From contig JANRIL010000023.1 of assembly GCA_033764955.1 (NCBI GenBank), positions 64,001-128,000 on the forward strand: DNA of 64,000 bases, read 5' to 3'. Shown here one piece after another: positions 57,869-64,000 of this stretch. How positions within the stretch are numbered: position 1 is the stretch's first letter; each line of letters opens with the position of its first letter. The notes under the pieces were generated by a model. That model was not told where the DNA came from, did no database searches, and saw only the letters and a program-made list of their open reading frames with translations. Both the position numbers and the translations under genes were made by a program. This DNA is from Cyanobacteriota bacterium (GTDB lineage: Bacteria; Cyanobacteriota; Cyanobacteriia; Thermostichales; Thermostichaceae).

Positions 57869-58879
57869 TTGGATTATCGTTCCGCAGGGGTTGACACCGA
57901 TCTAGGGCGCTCACTTGTCAAGGGGATTGCCCACCGAGTTCAGCGCGCAAAACAACCAGGGGTCTTGGCGGGTATCGGGGGGTTTGCGGGACTGTTTGCC
58001 CTGCCTGGAGGCATGAAAAATCCCGTCTTGGTGGCAGGCACGGATGGGGTAGGAACCAAACTGATGATCGCCCAAGCCTGCCAGCAACACACCTCTGTTG
58101 GCATTGACTTAGTGGCGATGTGTGTCAACGATGTCTTGACCGTGGGGGGCAAGCCCTTATTTTTCCTGGATTATCTGGCAACGGGCAAACTGCAACCAGA
58201 CTCCGTTTTGCAGGTGATCGACGGCATTATCGCTGGATGTGAGCAGGCGGACTGTGCCCTGCTGGGGGGAGAAACGGCTGAGATGCCAGGGTTTTATGGG
58301 GCAGAGACCTACGATTTGGCGGGTTTTTGTGTGGGTGTGGTCGAGCAATCCGCCATTTTGGATGGGTCACAGGTGCAGGTTGGCGACCGTGTATGGGGGT
58401 TGCCCAGTTCCGGTGTCCATAGCAACGGGTTTAGTTTGGTACGGCGGATCGTGGCGGCTGGCGGCTGGAGGTGGCAAGATGTGCCAACCGGCTGGACAAC
58501 GGACTTGGCAGAGACCTTCTTGACCCCCACCCGTATCTATGTCAAAGAAGTGCTGGCGGCTTTGGCGGCGGGATTACCCGTGCACGGTATGGCGCACATT
58601 ACGGGAGGGGGGTGGCCAGAAAATCTACCCCGATGCTTGGGATCCGGTCAATCCATTCAGGTCGATCTGAGGGGATGGCGGATCCCGCCGATCTTTGCCT
58701 GGTTGCAGACGCAGGGTCAGGTTAGCCTCAGGGAAATGTTTCGCACCTTTAACATGGGGATGGGATTGGCTCTGATTGTGCCCCCTGATGTAGTGGTGTC
58801 CCTCTTCCTGCCGGACGCCTTTGTTGTGGGAGAAGTGGTGGCGGGGAGCGGAGAGGTGGTAGGACTACCCGACGATTGA
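57869..58879 (+). CDS. purM: phosphoribosylformylglycinamidine cyclo-ligase
   Basis: DYRSAGVD, GTDGVGTK, GIDLVAMCVND, GGETAEMPG, HSNGFSL, HITGGG, TFNMG; start approximate. Confidence 0.96.
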   Translation: MDYRSAGVDTDLGRSLVKGIAHRVQRAKQPGVLAGIGGFAGLFALPGGMKNPVLVAGTDGVGTKLMIAQACQQHTSVGIDLVAMCVNDVLTVGGKPLFFLDYLATGKLQPDSVLQVIDGIIAGCEQADCALLGGETAEMPGFYGAETYDLAGFCVGVVEQSAILDGSQVQVGDRVWGLPSSGVHSNGFSLVRRIVAAGGWRWQDVPTGWTTDLAETFLTPTRIYVKEVLAALAAGLPVHGMAHITGGGWPENLPRCLGSGQSIQVDLRGWRIPPIFAWLQTQGQVSLREMFRTFNMGMGLALIVPPDVVVSLFLPDAFVVGEVVAGSGEVVGLPDD

Positions 58880-59091
58880 TCGGGGGCGCTCAAGGGATCC
58901 CACATCATGGTGGGGGTGCAATCCCCCCGGCAAGCTGTGCTACTGTTTCTGATGGACAAAATACCTACCACAACAATTCATCGTGGGGGATTGGACAACG
59001 TTTCAGGAGGAATGATAGGTATCCACATTCATAACGGGTTAGTTCGAGCCAAATTCGAGCAGCCAATGCCAGCAGTGAGGAACCCTAACCG

Positions 59092-60096
59092 ATGATAGAA
59101 GTCGAGCAATTGAGCAAAATTTACGGCAGCTTTTCCGCCATTCGCAATATCAACTTTCGCGTCGAACCCGGAGAAATCATGGGTTTCTTGGGGCCGAATG
59201 GGGCGGGCAAGACCACATCCATGCGAATTTTGTCCGGTTATCTGCCGGCTACCTCCGGCACGGCACGGGTGGCTGGATTTGATATCAACGACGATTCCAT
59301 GGCGGTTCGGCAACGGATTGGCTATTTGCCGGAAAACCCGCCCCTCTATACCGAGATGACCGTTGAGTCTTTTCTTTATTTTGTGGCGGAACTGAAAAAG
59401 GTGAGTGCTGGGGATCGCCCTAAGCAGGTGGATCGGGCGATTGAGCGCTGTAGCCTCCAGGAAAAACGTCAGGTGTTGATCCGCAAGCTCTCCAAGGGCT
59501 TTAAGCAGCGGGTGGGGATTGCCCAAGCACTCGTTCATGATCCGCCCGTGATCATTCTGGATGAGCCAACGGTGGGATTGGATCCCAAGCAGATCATCGA
59601 GGTTCGCAACCTGATCAAAAGCTTGGCTGGGGATCACACGATTATTCTGTCCACCCATATCCTGCCGGAAGTCAGCATGACCTGTGATCGGGTGGTGATC
59701 ATCAATCGTGGGGAGGTGGTAGCGACGGGAACCCCCAGCGATCCTACTGGGCAGTCGATGTTGGGACCGCAACTACAACTGCAACTGGAGGGATCCGCCG
59801 AGCAGATCCGTGCCCTCTTGCAAGGGATCCCGCAGCTCTCCATTTTGCACCTACAGCCCCTTTCTTTGGAGAATGGACAGGCGCTCCCCACCGATCACTG
59901 GATGGTGCAGGTGAGCCATCAGTCTGCCGAAGGGGGATCCCAGCCTCGTTGGATGCGAGATGTGGTGTCCACACTGGTGCAGGGTGGGATCGGGATCTAC
60001 GAGGTCCGCCAAAAGCAGGCTTCCCTAGAAGAGGTCTTTTTGCAACTCACCACCCAAGAGGAGTCCAGTTCACCCACGGAGGAAAGCGAACCATGA
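59092..60096 (+). CDS. ABC transporter ATP-binding protein (GldA-like)
   Basis: GPNGAGKTT, LSKGFKQRVGIAQALVHDP, DEPTVGLDP, STHILPEV. Confidence 0.92.
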   Translation: MIEVEQLSKIYGSFSAIRNINFRVEPGEIMGFLGPNGAGKTTSMRILSGYLPATSGTARVAGFDINDDSMAVRQRIGYLPENPPLYTEMTVESFLYFVAELKKVSAGDRPKQVDRAIERCSLQEKRQVLIRKLSKGFKQRVGIAQALVHDPPVIILDEPTVGLDPKQIIEVRNLIKSLAGDHTIILSTHILPEVSMTCDRVVIINRGEVVATGTPSDPTGQSMLGPQLQLQLEGSAEQIRALLQGIPQLSILHLQPLSLENGQALPTDHWMVQVSHQSAEGGSQPRWMRDVVSTLVQGGIGIYEVRQKQASLEEVFLQLTTQEESSSPTEESEP

Positions 60097-60896
60097 TGCC
60101 GAGTATCGTCGATGCCAGCAACAGTGTGATTGCTATTTTTCGTAAAGAACTACGCGGCTACTTTACCTCGCCAATTGCCTATGTAGTGGCAGCCGCTTTT
60201 TGGATCTTGGCGGGTTTCTTTTTTGTTAATTTTGTCGTGCAGGCGGTCAATATTTCTCAGCAGTTTGATGTTTTTAATCAACCGGGACAAACCTTTGATG
60301 CCCCGATGGAGGTCAGCCGCCGCTTTTTGAGTTTGTTGGGCACCCTTTCCCTATTTATTTTGCCCAGCTTAACAATGGGTCTTTATGCCGAGGAACGGCG
60401 GCGCGGCACGATGGAGCTACTCGCCACCTCTCCCATTACCAATCTGGCGGTAGCCGTGGGGAAATGGCTGGCGGTTTTGGTCTACTACATTACTCTATTG
60501 ATTCCGTTATTGGCCTATCAGGTGTTGGCCTACAGCTCAACCCGACCGATGATGGATTATCGGCAAATGCTGTTTGGCTATCTGGGTTTGGTGTTGATGG
60601 CGGGCAGTGTAATGGCCTTGGGGCTGTTTGTCTCCTCCCTCACCGATAGCACCCTGGTGGCTGCCGTCGGAACGTTTGGAATTGTTCTCTTGCTCTGGGT
60701 GATCGACGCCGCCGCCGGACAAAATCAAGGGATCCTAGCGGATGCCCTGCGCCACCTCTCCCTCCTCCAACAGTTTGGCAGTTGGGTGCAGGGGGTGGTC
60801 AGTACCAGCAGTTTGGTTTTATTTCTCAGCATGATCGTGTTGGGCTTGTTTTTGACGGTGCAGTCGGTGGAAGCCCTGCGCTGGCAGCAAAATTAA
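60093..60896 (+). CDS. ABC-2 permease (GldF-like)
   Basis: IFRKELRGYFTSPIAY, AEERRRGTMELL.T.P, six TMs; ATGA overlap with the upstream gene. Confidence 0.9.
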   Translation: MMPSIVDASNSVIAIFRKELRGYFTSPIAYVVAAAFWILAGFFFVNFVVQAVNISQQFDVFNQPGQTFDAPMEVSRRFLSLLGTLSLFILPSLTMGLYAEERRRGTMELLATSPITNLAVAVGKWLAVLVYYITLLIPLLAYQVLAYSSTRPMMDYRQMLFGYLGLVLMAGSVMALGLFVSSLTDSTLVAAVGTFGIVLLLWVIDAAAGQNQGILADALRHLSLLQQFGSWVQGVVSTSSLVLFLSMIVLGLFLTVQSVEALRWQQN

Positions 60897-61000
60897 GCCC
60901 ATACCCACAACTCCCTATTTCAGGATCCCCACGTGCTCTAACCCAGGCTCAGCCGATCAGCCGGGGATCCTCTGCGGACAAGCAATCGAGAGAGGTTGAG

Positions 61001-62587
61001 ATGAAGAACAGCAGTCAAGGAACCAGTGAACTTACAGCATGGTCAGGCATAGTCGGCATCGCGGTGGTGGCGGTAGGGCTGTTACTGGGATCCGTCTTTA
61101 CTGGCTGGACAGCGGCTCCGTTGATCATTATCGGGATCGGGGTGGCTCTGCTGCTGCTCTGGGTCGTCAGCCATCAAGACCTGATCACGGCCGTTTTGGG
61201 GATGCGTTCCACCCGCAGCAATGTCAACGGTTTGGTGGCGGCGCTAGCGATGCTCCTAATCCTGGCATTGATCAATGTGCTGGCGGTGCGCTATCAGACC
61301 AAATTTGACTTGACCCAAGAGGGACTCTATACCCTCTCCCCACAAACAACCCAGTTGGTGCGCCAACTCCAGCAACCCGTCAAGGTTTGGGTTGCCACTA
61401 CCACACCGGATCCCTACAGCCGCGATCAGTTAGAGCGCTACCAACGCCTCAACCCCAACCGGTTTAGCTTTGAATTTTTTAATCCCAATAACTCCCCCGA
61501 ACGGGCTCGCCAACTGGAGGTCAAGCAACTCAATACCTTTGTGGTGGAATCGGGATCCCGCCGTCAGCAGTTTCCCCGCCCGACAGGGGATCTGGAAAGC
61601 ACCCTCACCCCCACCCTAGCTAAAGTGCTGAGTACGACAGCTCTGACGGTCTATGTTGTGCAGGGGCATGGCGAGTTTCCCCTCACCCCCAATGCTCCTG
61701 GATCCCCCGGTTTATCGCAGGTGGTAGCGGGGTTAGAGCAGGATACCTATCAAGTCAAGCCCCTTAATCTGATCGACTCGGATATCCCAGCAGATGCCAG
61801 CGTGATTATTGTGGCAGGGCCTCAACGGGCTTATTTCCCTGGAGAAGTGGACAAATTAAAGACCTATCTGAATCAGGGGGGCAAGTTGCTGTTGTTGCTC
61901 TCACCCCAGGTCGAAACCGGATTGGAACCACTACTCAGCGAGTGGGGGGTCAGCTTGGGCAATGATGTTGTGGTGGATGTGAGTGAAGTCAGCCAACTGC
62001 TAGGGTTTGGCCCTTCAGTGGCTCTCGTCAACACCTACGGATCCCATCCCATTACGGAACCTCTGGCAAGCCAAGGGTTAGTCACCCTCTTTCCCCTCGC
62101 CCGCTCGGTTACCACAACCCCCATCGAAGGATACGTAGCCACCCCGATTCTGACCAGTAGCCCTAAGAGTTGGGGAGAAACTGACTTAGCGGGCGGCAAA
62201 GCCCAGTTTGATCGGGATCGGGATAAACCAGGTCCACTCACCTTGGGAGTCGCCCTCAGCCATGCCATGCCCCCAGAGGAGGCCAATTCATCTTCCGAAT
62301 CCACCCCCATTCCTCCTGAAAATCAAGGGCGATTGGTGGTAATTGGTAACGCCAACTTTGCGGTGGATGGCAACTTCCGGCAGCAGGGCAATGGGGATCT
62401 CTTCTTAAATAGCGTCAACTGGTTAAGCGAACAGGCCGGTCAGATCTCGATTCGCCCCAAATCTGCCACCAATCGTCGCTTTAGCCTCAGCCGCCAAAAC
62501 TTGAATGGATTGGTGGTAGTGGCGATGCTGGGTCTGCCTTTATTGGCGTTGGGATCCGGTGGCTATATCTGGTGGCAACGGCGCTAG
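61001..62587 (+). CDS. GldG-like ABC auxiliary component
   Basis: FDLTQEGLYTLSPQT, QGHGE, IVAGP, YLNQGGKLL, GRLVVIGN, NGDLFLNSVNWL, C-terminal TM WWQRR. Confidence 0.9.
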   Translation: MKNSSQGTSELTAWSGIVGIAVVAVGLLLGSVFTGWTAAPLIIIGIGVALLLLWVVSHQDLITAVLGMRSTRSNVNGLVAALAMLLILALINVLAVRYQTKFDLTQEGLYTLSPQTTQLVRQLQQPVKVWVATTTPDPYSRDQLERYQRLNPNRFSFEFFNPNNSPERARQLEVKQLNTFVVESGSRRQQFPRPTGDLESTLTPTLAKVLSTTALTVYVVQGHGEFPLTPNAPGSPGLSQVVAGLEQDTYQVKPLNLIDSDIPADASVIIVAGPQRAYFPGEVDKLKTYLNQGGKLLLLLSPQVETGLEPLLSEWGVSLGNDVVVDVSEVSQLLGFGPSVALVNTYGSHPITEPLASQGLVTLFPLARSVTTTPIEGYVATPILTSSPKSWGETDLAGGKAQFDRDRDKPGPLTLGVALSHAMPPEEANSSSESTPIPPENQGRLVVIGNANFAVDGNFRQQGNGDLFLNSVNWLSEQAGQISIRPKSATNRRFSLSRQNLNGLVVVAMLGLPLLALGSGGYIWWQRR

Positions 62588-62599
62588 GAGGAGAAGCTG

Positions 62600-64000
62600 A
62601 TGTTAAAACGCAGTACCTTGGGATTATTGGTGGTGGCGCTCCTTTTAGCCGGGGGGCTGTGGTTGGCCGATACCCTACAAAAACAGTCAGGACAACGCGC
62701 AGCCGATCAGAATCGCCTGCTAACGTTTGCCAGTGAGGCGGTAGCCCAGATTCACATTGAAACCCCTTCTGCCAACGCCGCCGTCGATACCCAACCGCAA
62801 CGCATCCAACTGGAGAAACAACCCCTTTCCCCCACCCCCGCCACCACTTCCAATCCAGCTACTCCCACCTCGCCTACTCCCGCCACCTGGCAGATCACCC
62901 AGCCCTTGACCACTCCCGCCGATGGCTTGGTTGTGGACAACCTCTTGCGAGCTGCTACCACTCTCCAGCCGCAAGCTACGATTCGTGAGGCAACGGACTA
63001 CGCTGAGTTTGGCCTAGAGCCTGCCCGTGACCAGCTAACCTTTGTTCTGGAGGATGAGAGCCGCCACACCCTCAAACTGGGATCCCCTAACTTTGACGGC
63101 AGCAGTCTTTATGCCCAGGCTGAGCAGGGATCCGTAGTAACCATTCCTGTCAGTCAACGCACGGCGCTCCTGCCCAGTCTGTTTGCCCTGCGAGACAAGC
63201 GAGTCGTCACCCTAAATGCCTCCGAGATTGGGTCGATCCACTTACAATCTACGGACAAAGACCGACCTAGCTTGAAGCTGCTCAACTCCCCTTCCTCCGG
63301 CTGGCAAATTGTAGAACCCCGCCCCCTCAACACCGATACCACGGTGATCAACCAATTTTTGGGGCGTTTGACCAATCTGCAAGCCACTGAGTTTGTGGCT
63401 GAATCGCAGGAAAACCTGGCCTCCTTTGATCTGGCTCGTCCCCAAACCCAACTGATCATCTCCCGAAAAGACTCTACCCCCCCCATTACCCTAGCCATCA
63501 GTGGCAAAAAAGAGGAAAAGGTCTATGCCTTCTCCTCCCAGATTGAGGGGGTTGTCACCTTGGATCCCGAAATTGCCGAGGGGTTGCGACCCGATCTGGC
63601 AGCATGGCGGGATCCCCACCTAGTGAGCTTGGTGCCCAGCCAAATCGGTGAGATTCAGATTGAAGCGGCAGATGACAGCCTCAGGCGCAGTTTGATGCCC
63701 TCTACTAGCACCCCCGCCACCAGCTCCAGCCCTAGCCCTGCCGAACTCACTTGGGAACTCTCCGATCAGCCAGGACGAGCGGTTGTGTTGACCAGCCTGT
63801 TTACCACCCTTCAGGAGGCAAAAGCAACGGAGTTTTTGCCCGCCAGTGATCGGCAAGCCAATCGTTTGTTGGAGAAACCGGAACTCACCCTCACCTTGAT
63901 GCCCCAGGCTGGACTGGCAACAGAACCCGTGCGGATTAGTCTGGCTCAGGAGGGATTCGATCTCTATGCCCGCAGCAGCACCCAAACCGATATCCTAAAG
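62600..64000 (+). CDS. DUF4340-like protein, runs off the right edge
   Basis: ATG 62600, MLKRSTLGLLVVALLLAGGLW...; repeated W.I..P....AD / FGL..P segments; usual fourth gene of Gld-type operons. Confidence 0.75.
   Translation, partial: MLKRSTLGLLVVALLLAGGLWLADTLQKQSGQRAADQNRLLTFASEAVAQIHIETPSANAAVDTQPQRIQLEKQPLSPTPATTSNPATPTSPTPATWQITQPLTTPADGLVVDNLLRAATTLQPQATIREATDYAEFGLEPARDQLTFVLEDESRHTLKLGSPNFDGSSLYAQAEQGSVVTIPVSQRTALLPSLFALRDKRVVTLNASEIGSIHLQSTDKDRPSLKLLNSPSSGWQIVEPRPLNTDTTVINQFLGRLTNLQATEFVAESQENLASFDLARPQTQLIISRKDSTPPITLAISGKKEEKVYAFSSQIEGVVTLDPEIAEGLRPDLAAWRDPHLVSLVPSQIGEIQIEAADDSLRRSLMPSTSTPATSSSPSPAELTWELSDQPGRAVVLTSLFTTLQEAKATEFLPASDRQANRLLEKPELTLTLMPQAGLATEPVRISLAQEGFDLYARSSTQTDILK

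Noticed and set aside
59029..59772. Long antisense ORFs (also 30344-30955, 30519-31055, 33097-33693, 17164-17709)
   Set aside because: Shadow frames of well-supported genes, with no independent motifs

Overview
Cyanobacterial chromosomal segment. The gene set (gap2, ccmR/ndhR-like LysR, cbiG-cbiH fusion, DUF3536, DUF3134) and the dense GGGATCCC palindromes point by inference to a Thermostichus / hot-spring Synechococcus-type lineage. Most of the window is housekeeping or transport: tatD, sbcD, dam, pyrR, pgsA-ruvC-hit, gap2, hemL, branched-chain amino-acid ABC genes, K+ channel, GH57, cobJ, queA, rlpA, purM and a Gld-type ABC operon. The standout is an AT-rich, GGGATCCC-poor island at about 40.7-49.2 kb between DUF1501 and cobJ, which looks like a polymorphic toxin/immunity cassette array. 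It holds three different AHH-type HNH nuclease tips and one truncated chimeric tip. Each tip is preceded by a near-identical Pro-rich linker and a conserved beta-rich 'DNG..DGD / EG.YPPAT' module. Interleaved are six Imm11/DUF1629-like immunity genes and a SMI1/KNR4-TPR gene. A ~33-bp box recurs at all four immunity-to-tip junctions, the tips lack normal starts, and the DNA shows cassette shuffling. Other oddities are a secreted FABP/CRABP-like protein, an SNase-TM-PspA-like fusion, a TA-flanked MITE and a vapC remnant. All family calls come from motif recognition by eye; no searches were run.
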